Virus record (IMG/VR): IMGVR_UViG_3300022926_000002
Direction: 5' to 3' (one strand)
Origin: an uncultured virus (IMG/VR IMGVR_UViG_3300022926_000002)
Lineage: Duplodnaviria; Heunggongvirae; Uroviricota; Caudoviricetes
DNA length: 63,483 nucleotides
In this document: positions 18,901-30,100 of the stretch, piece by piece
How the letters are laid out: each line of letters starts with the position of its first letter
Position numbering within the stretch: the first letter of the stretch is position 1
The notes under the pieces: model-generated
Database searches by the model: none
Told to the model about the DNA's origin: nothing
Seen by the model: only the letters and a program-made list of their open reading frames with translations
Made by a program: the position numbers and the translations under genes

Positions 18901-20644
18901 CCTGAGTACCCTGATTACCTTTATCACCATATGGGATAAAATCAATAATTGCAGTAGCACCATATGATGCTACCGCACCTGTATTCCAACTTGTACCTGG
19001 TGAAACATCAGTTCCGCCCAAAGTACTTCGGTCAACATAGGTAATATCAAAGTGTCCCCAGTCAGTTGGACCTGAATCCCAAGTCCAATTTGTGAAGTTA
19101 TAAATTAGGAATTCGTAATTACCGTTTCCTACATTCTTTGGTGTTCTAATAAAGATTGAACCTTTTGGAGAACTTGTAAGTGTATCAAGGAAATCAAACA
19201 ATCCATCTACTCGGCGACCTGTATGTGTGAGGTCATCAATATACAACTTATCAGCTTGAGTAACATCAGCGTTATTAAGTAACCAACCGTTTAATCCCGG
19301 GAAACCTTCAGTTGTTGACGAATTAAAATCCCACTCAAATGTCAGACCACCACTATAACCGATTTCACCTTGGAAACCTTGGAAGCCTTGAACACCTTGG
19401 TAACCTTGTGTACCCTGTAATCCTTGCGGACCTTGAACACCTTGGAAACCTTGAACACCGTCGTTTCCTTGAATACCTGTTGTACCTTGGAAACCTTGAA
19501 CACCTTGGTCACCTGATTGGTCAAGGGCAACAACCAATGGATATGATGTTGTTATACCTGGAGTTGGAAAATCGGCAGTTTGCCAATTTGCTCGAGTAGC
19601 AGGACCGCCGATATATGTAACATCCAATTCAAAATAATTAAATGGATCTGTACCTTTTTCAGTAATTTCTTGTACTGAGAATATAAGATAATATGCTGGT
19701 TCGTCACGTTTAGTTATTTTGATATATGCTTTATTTGCCGATGTTGATAAATCAATTGCACGGAAATAGTCAACCAAATCTACATTATAAGTATCGTCTC
19801 TATTAAACCATAGTTTGGTAGCACTTGCAATAACTGTGTTGTTTGTATTAAATGACCCACCTGTTGGATTTTGATCTGTTACTTCTGTACCGAGTGTATA
19901 GTCAATGACCATTCCTGAGTCGGTACCATTCCAACCTTGTGTACCTTGAAAACCTAAGTCACCTTGGATACCTGTTGTACCTTGGATCGACTGCGGACCT
20001 TGAACGCCTTGTGGACCCTGAACTCCTTGTAACCCTTGCGGACCTTGAACGCCTTGGTCACCTTGCAATCCTTGTGGTCCTTGAACACCTTGCAATCCTT
20101 GGACGCCTTGTGTGCCTTGATAACCTTGTGTACCTTGGAAACCACGATAACCGCGTGAGCCTTGAATACCTTCTTGTCCTTGGTCGCCTTGTAAACCTTG
20201 GTCACCTTGAACACCTTGGAAACCTTGAACACCACGGAATGATCCAATGTTAACCCAATTCGTTCCATCCCAAATCCAGAGTTCATCATCTGCTTCATCA
20301 ATTACACCTTCGCCGATATTTGGTGTTGGGAATGCTGCAGTAAGTGTTGCTTGTGGATCACCGCCTGAATCTACATCAGCAACCGATCCTAAGATTGTAA
20401 ACCCCGGACCGTAATCACCTTGTAGGCCTTGGTCACCTTGAATACCAGTAAATCCTTGAGTACCTTGTGGTCCTGTACCCATATCTTGCCATACAGTACC
20501 ATTTGAATACTTCATTGTGCCGTTGTCGGCATATACAATAGATCCTTCAAACGGAGCTGGATCCAACCCTATCGGAAATGCTTGTGGAATACCATGACCG
20601 AGGGTAACGGTCCTAGCTCGCATTGACTTGAACCTAGTCGACAT
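15905..20644 (-). CDS. Collagen-like (Gly-X-Gln) tail fibre with cupredoxin-like domain and C-terminal peptidase S74 intramolecular chaperone
   Basis: Long G-X-Q triplet runs, three related globular inserts, GHPF...YQCSIHSGM motif, and C-terminal SDVRTKTNI...GVIAQEVEEILPEV...YGNIVGLLIEAIK (S74 signature). Confidence 0.85.
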   Translation of the reverse strand: MSTRFKSMRARTVTLGHGIPQAFPIGLDPAPFEGSIVYADNGTMKYSNGTVWQDMGTGPQGTQGFTGIQGDQGLQGDYGPGFTILGSVADVDSGGDPQATLTAAFPTPNIGEGVIDEADDELWIWDGTNWVNIGSFRGVQGFQGVQGDQGLQGDQGQEGIQGSRGYRGFQGTQGYQGTQGVQGLQGVQGPQGLQGDQGVQGPQGLQGVQGPQGVQGPQSIQGTTGIQGDLGFQGTQGWNGTDSGMVIDYTLGTEVTDQNPTGGSFNTNNTVIASATKLWFNRDDTYNVDLVDYFRAIDLSTSANKAYIKITKRDEPAYYLIFSVQEITEKGTDPFNYFELDVTYIGGPATRANWQTADFPTPGITTSYPLVVALDQSGDQGVQGFQGTTGIQGNDGVQGFQGVQGPQGLQGTQGYQGVQGFQGFQGEIGYSGGLTFEWDFNSSTTEGFPGLNGWLLNNADVTQADKLYIDDLTHTGRRVDGLFDFLDTLTSSPKGSIFIRTPKNVGNGNYEFLIYNFTNWTWDSGPTDWGHFDITYVDRSTLGGTDVSPGTSWNTGAVASYGATAIIDFIPYGDKGNQGTQGFQGTTGIQGDEGFQGTQGTQGWQGTQGFQGTQGWQGTQGFQGFTGIQGDEGSQGTQGFQGAQGTQGFQGDQGTQGFQGYQGVQGMEGGREFVVTNTGSTSYEIDGVTQPNLHLLRGFTYTFDLNVSGHPFKIRTSAGGSDYTNGITIVGNDETGRLIFRVPFNAPATLVYQCSIHSGMVGNIFTSEVGPQGTQGLQGDQGVQGPQGLQGVQGPQGTQGWQGTQGWQGTQGDLGNQGTQGPQSIQGTTGIQGDLGPAGEFGGMTLDYTFSTATDTSDPGVGLLKFNAANIASATEMRIDDRDDSFTDVQAFLRTTDEPTSTIKGFFRVIDGTTTSNYVAFRINDVIERSGFFEYDCTFLTGSVTSFGNNSDVRITFARTGDKGDTGLQGIQGPQGTQGVQGDEGGVGLQGTQGPQGLQGDAGEEGAQGTAGDGNQGIQGPQGPQGTTGQDGATGGDGFQGVQGLQGTQGFQGDLGFQGFQGAGGVGSAGSQGTQGAQGLQGDQGVQGEVGPAGFGAQGIQGTQGFTGAQGETGTGIQGTQGPQGIGAQGSLGNDGAQGIQGTQGIQGFGIQGTQGVQGVDGQGADGTQGPQGVQGLQGTSGEEGQGGLQGTQGTIGDDGIQGPGGEGNQGIQGIQGGPGVQGEGGGGGSQGIQGVQGIQSTQGPQGLSGGGGTQGPQGVQGPPGDDGLQGFTGAGTQGVQGVQGFQGGAGPQGIQGVGQDGIQGNQGPQGPQGIIGADGIQGMQGIQGDADAQAIETNDLYGTALQGSPLFLTMTQAGGGAQPLYATLSPNPGGESNFFYTGTDDELTVENLNVDGNLVVTGTLNGGSGDFLEASVSDVKTGGELRFQNDLQLAFGSSIGGALLYASADAEVQLNMDTGIDYTIRDNGTLRFTFDMGTGNFTSTGDINAQSDVRTKTNIETITDALNKVLSMRGVTYERKAELGNVKLGVIAQEVEEILPEVINTTDDGMKAVAYGNIVGLLIEAIKDLKEEVDNLNQ

Positions 20645-21089
20645 CGTATTCCTCCGCTTGGCCTAATGTGAATGATAAAGTTGCATCTAATGTTGTATTA
20701 GCACTTGATTTAACTTCTAACGTATCACCCGAGGCAAAGAATTGTCCGTTAAGTGGGATTGGTATTGTATCATATCCAGGTACAGGCATTTCCCGTACTA
20801 GGTAAAATTCTAAGTTTTCAGAGTAACGATAAATTTTTACATCAACCGTCGCGGTATTTGTTGTCTTGTTTGCAACAATCAACGGTGAGATAACTTCGCC
20901 AACACCTGGCTCAATTGTTGTTGAACCACCAAATACAAGTTCAGGTACTTTAAATTGAGGTACCGTGATAACTTCTTGCCAGTTCGTGGATAGTTCTAAA
21001 TTTTTGCCGACGGGCAAAGCGTCAGGCGCCTGAGTAGTCACAACAATTGTGATACCAGTGTTTGAGTCGACGTATGATTCAAATGACAT
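20634..21089 (-). CDS. Small beta-rich virion protein, function unknown
   Basis: 151-aa ORF between the two giant genes, overlapping the next start; AGGA upstream; alternating beta-strand pattern (LIVANKT...GDTLEVK). Confidence 0.6.
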   Translation of the reverse strand: MSFESYVDSNTGITIVVTTQAPDALPVGKNLELSTNWQEVITVPQFKVPELVFGGSTTIEPGVGEVISPLIVANKTTNTATVDVKIYRYSENLEFYLVREMPVPGYDTIPIPLNGQFFASGDTLEVKSSANTTLDATLSFTLGQAEEYDVD

Positions 21090-21101
21090 TTTTTATTTCC
21101 T

Positions 21102-24100
21102 TTATACTACAGCGCGGCTGTTAGATGCTCGTCTTGCAAGTTTACGAACCGATGATGTAAACGGCCGGCCTTCAATTCGACCTGTTCTACCGTTAATTCT
21201 TAATCCTCTTGCAAAGTATTGGTTGTTAAGTTCGTCTGCACCTGACCAACGAACCCTACCGCCATCTTCTGAAAGTACAGATGCAATAGCAGAGATCGGC
21301 AAGCCGAGGTTTCTAAAGTTAATTGGGAGCGCATTTCTGTTAACACCTGCCGAAGCACCGTTAAACTGGTGAGCAATTGATTCAACAAGTGAACCAAAGG
21401 TCAATACACTCGGTCTTAGGACAGACGCACGAAGAACATCGTCAAACAAACCATCAATCATTGCATCGTGGTCTATATCTGGTGTGTAATTCGTTTTAAT
21501 AAATGTTTTCATTCTTGTCCATGCCTGATAGAATGATACAAGTAGATCCACGTTATTAGCTCCATCTGTTTGCCATGCTGTTCCGTCCCAATAGTAAATA
21601 GTACCGTCATACCTATTTCCGGCATAATCCGTTGATACTATATATGCGTGATTTGGTTTTTGTCCAGTGACATTACTCAATGCGCCCAATCCGTTCAGTG
21701 TACCTTGGAAACTTAATCCTGGTGTTGTTGGATTGAATACTGGGAACACGTGCTTACCATTGTAATCGAAGAATGCTGCTGCATATGTTCTTGTGGATGT
21801 TTGACTTCCATCTTGACCTGTAACGATATTTTGGAATTTAAAGTCATTTGCCACTGATTGCAACAAGTTACCTGCGTCACGGCGAGTCAAGTTAATATCA
21901 AAGAATTTATAATTCTGTCCAACAAATCTTACAGTCTCAACAGACAATTTCTTTCTGTTGGCAATAAGGATTTCTCGAGCAAATTTAAACACTTTATTAT
22001 CTTCCCAGTCAAAGTCAGGTAGGATTGTTGGTCCAAAGTCTTTTTCATCTTTGTTCAGGAACGAGCGATAATAGATATCGGCAAGGTCATAAACGTGTTG
22101 TGCTTCAACTGCTGTTGTTGACTCACCTTTAATAGAAACACCTGGTAGTGTTTCAAGAAGTGCGTCACGAGCAATCTCACCTAATTTACGGTATGCTTTT
22201 GCAGTTGGCACACGTTGATCTTCTGGGATACGATATACGTTGTTCCAAAAGTAGAATGCCGCATTCCATTTAGAAGCAGATGTTCCGCCGTAGTTCAGGT
22301 CATATGCAAATGCGTCAACAAGATATCCTGCATCTCGGCGACACTTAACTTTGTTATAATCCAATACATTATAAGTAGTATTTATCCAATTTGTTACATC
22401 GTCTGCGAGGATATCCAAATTATCATCAATTTCTTTACCCGCCCAAACAAGGCTGTTATCAATCCATGAAGTATCAGGTTCAATAATTTCAGGAATACCA
22501 TCAATGCTATCACGGCGGATTGCATCTTCAATAATACGGATCATATCGGCAACATATTCACCTTCAACCGCAGTTGCTGGTGCACCTGATATATCTTGTG
22601 CTTGTCTTGTAACAATTGCTTTTCTGATTGCACCTTCTGTTGCTGATACAAATGTATGAGCTTTATCAACACCTGCCGGTCCGGCATTCATTGTAATTGT
22701 GGTACCGTCAACAAATTCAACTCTACATGGTTTACCATCTGCCCATTCATCACCGCCAACACGTGGGTGAGAAATCTCAATCGGTGTAGGATCAACATCT
22801 GATGTTGGGCAAGAGAATGTAATGCCCAAGTTATCAAATGTTACAAAGTCACCTGCTTCAATGTTATGAGAACCGATTGTTGCTGTCATCATACCAGTAA
22901 GTGGATCATAAACTACATTTGTTGGAGTGTAACCGTAATTGGTTGGTGTTTGCTCCTGAACAACTGCTGATACCACATCTGCCATTACAGTATATAGATC
23001 TGCGGTTTGCTGACGTTGGTCATATGGCAGTACGCTTGTTGCGTTTCTAAAGTAGAACTGTGCAGATTGCACCGATGCAAAGTTGGTTGAGTAGTTAACG
23101 TCATGTGATATAGCATCTACAAGGATACCAATGTCACGGCGACATTTCTGTTTCGGATAACTGATACCATTCCAATTGTTTGTGATATAATTAATAACCG
23201 ATGTTGCAAGAGCAGGAATTGAATCTTCAATTGCTTCTTTTGCTGTGATAAGATCAGATTGGATCCAATTTGTAAATGGTGGCACCTCTAATGGAATACC
23301 TTTTTCATCATTATCATCTGCAATATTTGCAACAATCCATGCCAAGTTTTTAGCTTCAGTTGCAATTGTTCTTCTTGCTGCAAGATGAGATGTATCTTGT
23401 TTGATAAGGTTTCCTGTTACTTGTGAAACCGCATTTGGTAATGCTGATACGAATGTATGAGCACCGCCTGCAGCAGGACCAACATTAACAGTAATAGTTG
23501 TTGATGATGTTGCAAGTACAGGAATTGCACGGAGGTATGCAGGATGGTGCGGTTGTGGCGCTGCGTGGTTTGTTGTGTTTCCATCCATGTCACAAGTAAA
23601 TGTCATACCATCTTCAGTTAGCATAACATGGTCATTAGTTGTTAACTCATGCTGACCAATTGTGATTACAATTTCACCAGTTACGTTATCGTATACTGCA
23701 GTTGTTGGTGTATATTTTGCACCAAATTCAACAGGTACCAATTCATTTCTGGTTACGTGCTCAACAATTTCACCGAGTCGAGTAAATGCCATTCTTGTTG
23801 CATCACGTTGATCTGTTGGTAATAGGTTAACTGCATTTTTGAAATACAATCCTGCGGCATTTACCATTGCTGAATTACCACCGTATTGAATATCGTGGCA
23901 AATCGCATCAATGATATAACCTGTATCACGGAAACAACGGTCACGGTCATACTCGAGGTAGTTGAATGTTGTTTTTAGATAATCAGTAATTGTTGATTGT
24001 AATGCGTCTTTTCTTGAACCAATCAATGCTGCTTCGGTTTCATAATCGTAAGATGCAGCACCAACTGCTCCTGCGAATACTTCAATATCATCTGGCATAT

Positions 24101-27100
24101 CAACCAATGAGTCGGCAGCAATTACAGTTGCAATAATTTCCCAAAGATCTTGCATATCATTTCCGATTGCCGCAGCAACAGGACCGAATACTTTATTTTG
24201 GATTACAGTGTTACCTGCTGATGGTGTAACATCAATCTTAAGGATTAAGTCACGAGAAACATCACCGAGGTGTGTATATAATGCGGCAGTAGGTGCACGT
24301 TGATCTGCGGACAATGTTGATAGTCCGTTTTCAAAGTACAATTTAGCAACATCAAGCATAGCGGTGTTAGTTACGTGCTGAATGTCATATGATGCCGCAT
24401 CAGCCATGATGCCAGTATCTCTTTCACATTTAGCAGTATCGTATGACAATGATGGGTAATTAGCTGCAACCCATGCTGTTGCTTCAGCCTGCAAGAATGC
24501 GCGGTTCAATTGTAATGCTTGTCTTGCGTTTATATTATTTGACCCACGGTTTCCTGTACCGTAATCATAGTTTGTACCGTCAGGTGTGTAATCGTTTACC
24601 ATTGCGGTAATAATATTACTGAAGGAATTCTGAGCTCTTGTTAATGCCACACCGGTCAATCTTGACTCAATGTCTTTTTGTATATATTGAATTCCTTCAA
24701 TTGTTTCGGCAAGTTGGTCTTCAATAACCTTATCAGCTCCTACAGTACCAATGCGGTACGATTTGCCTACGTACTTACCATTATAGTTTGAACCTGTTTG
24801 AACATCTCTTCTAACTGCGTCAAGGATAAATCCTGCATCACGAGCACATTTGTTTTCATCAAATGTATAGAATTCGTCATCAATATAATTAACGATTTCA
24901 TTTTGAATAAACTCACGGTTCATGGCAAGTGATTGTCTTGCGTATGTTCTTGATGGTTCCATCAATGGTTTTGATGTAACCGCAGGTATTTTGATAGGTG
25001 AGAAATCATCAACTGTTTGTGCGATAATTTCAACAAGATCGTGGGCACGAGAACCAGTTGCAACATCCGCCGCTGGGATAGATGTTGTATCTTGTACTCT
25101 TACATTACCTGTTGTCGCTGTTACAGTGATAGCACGAGAAACTTCATCAATAACATCAGCAAGGTGTTGATATGCTAATCTTGTCGGTCCTCTTTGCTCA
25201 GGTGGTAATGTATTAACTGCACCAAGGAAGTAATAATTTGCAGAATGTACTGTCGCGGCATCTCCGCCGTATTCCAAATCTTCGGTGATTGCGTCAACAA
25301 TGTAACCAATATCACGGTAACATTTAGCTTCGTTATATGCAAGACCTGAATATGTCACAGCAATCAAATCAATGATTTCTGTTTGATATTTTGGTTTTGA
25401 TCCACCAATTAATCTTGCTTCTGATATGATTGTTGTGCCGTATGCCGATGTTGGTTTTGGCTCAATAACTGTAGGAACAGTGCCATCGTTATTTCTGATT
25501 GTTTGGCCTACACCGTCAAACAGATTAACTACTGAACTTGATACCGTCGGTGCAAGTGATCTTCTAATACCGTTTGCTGTTGCTGATACGAAAGTATGTA
25601 CCTTATCAACCTTAGCGTCACCGACCTGCATTGTAATTGTTGTTGAAGTTACAGCATCAATTCTAACTGGTTTGTTAAAGATTGGATCAGTTGGGCGTGG
25701 ATGTGAGATATTAATTGGCGTAGGATCAGTTGGTGATGTTGGGCAAGATAGTGTGATTGCATTCTCATCAAAGATAACATAATCGCCAACACTAAATCTA
25801 TGTCTATCACCAAGAGTAACTTCCATTACACCTGTCATATGAGCATATGCAACATCAGTTGCGGTATATGCCTCGGCAACATTTGCTCGGCGGATACAAT
25901 CAGCATCAGCAGATACGAATGTGTGAGCACCTGTGTAGCCATTTGCAGACCCGGCATTTACAGTAATTGTAGTTGCATCAGCAGCAGTAATGATAAATTG
26001 TTTACGTAAGTTAGGATCCGCGGCATTTGGATGTGAGTCTGTTCCACCACCGCCAAATCCACAACTGAATGTGATTGATTCAGGATCAATTGTAATTCTA
26101 TCACCGATAACAAAATTATGAGTACCAATTGTTGCTACCATGATACCAGTAACAGGATCATAAGTTGCAGTCGTTGGTGTGTAAGTATCTTCATCAGTTT
26201 TAACCTGTGTAACAACACTTTGAAGATTATCAACTTCTTCACCACGAACAATTTGACCTGCAATTTTAGCAATGTGGTCATATACTTCTGATGTTGGTAC
26301 AATTTCATCATCTGCCAAAACAGGTAATGCATTTTCAAAATACAGTCTTGAATTATTTACAGTTGATGCAGTTGAACCGTGTTGAACATCCCAAGAAACA
26401 GTATCAACAAAGATACCAAGGTCACGCTCACAAGCAACAGTATCATAAACAAATCCAGGATGGTTTGCTGTGATCCATGCAATTGCTTCTTTTTGGATGA
26501 ATGATTTATTAAGTTGTAGGATATGGCGTGCTGCAAATGCATCTTCTGATATTGATTGAATACCAAAGTCGATTGCATCAGCTGCGGCATTACCGTTTGA
26601 CATAATATCAATGATTTCATCAAATGCTGCGTCAGAGCGAGCAATTGCTGTTGCATCAGTTAATACGTCAGTGTTAATTTTACCTTTGAGCCATGTGATA
26701 GCACCAACAGTTTCTGTTAATTGGTTATTAACAACATTGTTAGCACCTACAGTACCGATGCGATAACCCAGACCTGTGTAAACTGCATTATTGTTTGAAC
26801 CTGTCAAAACGTCACGCATTACAGCGTTAAGGATATATCCTGTGTCACGCATACATTTTTCTTTATCATAGATGAAGTAATTATCATTCAACCATGCAGT
26901 AATTTCTTCTTGAATAAAGGTTTTGTTTTTCTGCAATTGTCTTGCGGCATACTTACCTTTTTCAGATGAGCTTACTTTAATAATTGAACCTTCTTCAGCA
27001 GATACGAATGTGTGAGCACCTGTATAACCACCTGCTGAGCCTGCATTGAATGTAATTGTAGTTGCATCCGCTGCGGTTACTTCTTGTGGGTGTTCGTACA

Positions 27101-30100
27101 TCGGCTCACCGATACGTGGGTGATAGTCTGTTCCACCGCCATTAAATCCACAACTAAATGCGAAACTCAACGGTTTTGTTTGAACATTATCGCCTACTTC
27201 AATATCGTGTCCCGGGATTGTTACAACCATGTCACCTGTGTTAGGATCATATGTTGCGTTGGTTGGTGTGTAAGCTTTAACAAATTTTGCTGGGTCAGTA
27301 AAGTACAATGCGTGCCCATCAATACAATCTTTTGTTGCCGATACGAATGTGTGCGTATTAGCATGCCCGTTAGCATTACCAACATTAACAGTAAATGTTG
27401 TTGAAGTTGTTTCTGTAATTCTTACAGGTTGATTATATGCTGGGTGACCTGGTAATGGTGCAGGATCTGTTCCTACAACACCGCCAACATCACAACTGAA
27501 TACGATTGACTCGGGAGCAATTGAAATCCATTGTCCTACAGGCAAATCATGCTGACCAATTGTTACAACCATTTCACCGTTTACAGGATCGTATGTTACA
27601 TCTTGTGGTGTATATTTTCCTGTCCACATGCCATCTTCACGAATAGCATTTGTTGTTGCTGATACAAATGTATGAGCAGAAGTATCTTGTGATTTACCAA
27701 CATTAACTGTGATAGTTGTTGCGGTTCTTGCGCTGATTTCAACAGGGTTTTCGTATGCAGGATGCTGACGTTCTGTTGTCAAACCATCAGCCAATGCTGA
27801 TACGAATGTATGTACTCCGCCGCCATCTGTAACTGCACCAACATTCATTTTCAAAACAAAACCGTTAACTTCATCAATTGTTACAGGCTTATTAAAGAAT
27901 GGGTGATGTGACTCAGGTGCGGCATGCTCAGTTACGTTATCATCAAGCTCACAAGTGAATGTGATAGCACCTGGTTTAAATGTTACGGTATCACCTGCTT
28001 TTAATTGGTTAGCAGAAATTGTAACCGTGAACTCACCAGTTGATGGAACGTATGTTGCGGTTGATGGTGTCCATGTTTCAAATGTTGTTGATGGATACGC
28101 ATGCTGTGAAGTGTTTCCATCAAGAGCACAGGTAAATACCATGCTGTTCTTTTCAATACGGATCTTATCACCTACGGCAAAATCGTGAGCACCGATTGTA
28201 ATTTCAACTACACCGGTTACAGGATTATATGCTGCGTCGGTTGGTGTATATTTTTTACCGTTGTTATTCAACAATGCAACCATTTGGTCAAACGATGTGT
28301 TAACTCTATCAACTGCAAGTGTATTACCTGTTACTGTGTTTGCAGTTTCAGATTTCATATGGTTGATTGAAGCAACAGTTTGCTCAAGTTGTTTTGTAAC
28401 ACTTACTTCACCTGATTTGGAACGGTAAGCAATACCTGTTTGGTATGCGTTAAAGTTTGTACCTAACAACAAATCTCTTTGAACGGCAGGCATGATATAT
28501 TCTTTAGTATCTCTTTCACACTTTTTGCTGTCATAGAAATACCATTGATTTTCTGCCCATCCTTCCATGTAATCCTGGATGAATTCTTTGTTTGCTTGCA
28601 ATTGCTTACGAGCATTACGTTTATCAGCAGGGATACCAGCATCATCAGAGAATGTTAATGCTTCACCTAATACGGATACAGATGATGGTTTTGCCGATAC
28701 GAATGTATGAGCAAAGTTAGCACCTGTTGTGCCTGCATTGATTGTAATAGTCTTTGCCGAAACTTCATCAATTGGTATAGCACGGCGGTAGTTAAATGTA
28801 TCACTCTTACGTGGGTGAGAGATTTCTAACTTGTTGCCATCACTATCACAAGTGAATGTAAATGCTTCATCAGCAATTGTTACGAACTGACCTTTTTGCA
28901 AAGTATGGGCACCGATTGTGATAACCATTCTTCCTGTATCAGGTTCGTATGTTGCTTTTGTTGGGTTGAATTTTTGAGTTCTTGTGTTATCAAGAATATC
29001 AATAATTGTGCTCATTCTATCGTATGATCTTTCTGCCATGATTGCAGAGTTTGCTTCGACAAGATCATCGGTAATTTTGCGTAATCTTTCAAATGATCCA
29101 ACAGTTTCTTCACGTTGATTTTCAACAACTGTTTGACCTTGTTTAGAATAATATGCCTGTCCTGCAACTACTGAGTTGTAGTTTGTATCAAGCATTGAGT
29201 CCCACTTAACAGCAGGTAGAATATATTCTTGAATATCACGGCGGCATTTAGCACTATCGTATGAGAAGAATTCGTCATTGTTATCAATCCATTCAACCAT
29301 TCCATCAATAATAAGTTCACGGTTGTCTTGGATGATTTCACGAGCAGCTGTTCTTGCAACATTACCTGTATCTGTAAAGAATAGGTCAGATGCATATGAC
29401 TCGCCATTCTCAAGAATATTTAATGTCTCATCAAGGGAAACGTTGGCACGAGTATTAACTGCTGCTTCTGAATTGCTAAACAATCTGTTAATTTCTGATT
29501 TCAAATGTTCGTTGGCACCAAGAGTTTCAGTCAACTGCTCGTTTTTAACAACATATGAAATTGGGCTTGAATAAGCAATACCGTTTAGTCGACCCCAATA
29601 GTTTGTATTGAGTGCAACGTCATACCCAACACTATCAATGATAATTCCTGTGTCTCGTTTACATTTTTCAGCATCATAACCTTGATAACCCAAACCACCT
29701 TGTGATACTGGTGTTGTCAAATAACCAACCATATCTTCAATAATGTCTTGCTTGTTATCCATAAGGGTATCGGCAAATACAGTGTTAGAGAACAGAATTG
29801 CTTCATCGGTTGATGATGGTGTAAACACTTCAGTTGAGCCTTTAGCTCTCATTGAAATGTCACCAAACTGAGTACCTGAGTTGTTCAAGGTCATTTGACC
29901 GCCGTTTAGTGCATAGAATGCTGTACGAACGAAGATTGACAATGAACCAATACCGTTAACACCTGCACCGTCTCGTGCCACATAACCCATACCGTTTTGA
30001 GTACGAGGTGTAAAACCAAAACAAAGAACATATGTAAACAATGAGTCAGGATCGAGTACACGACGGTCCGCGAGCATACACCCACCACCGCGACCAACAA

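Noticed and set aside
16579..20301. KVLKVFKV-rich and LEHLG/TLNTL-rich ORFs
   Set aside because: Alternative-frame readings of the Gly-X-Gln collagen repeats.
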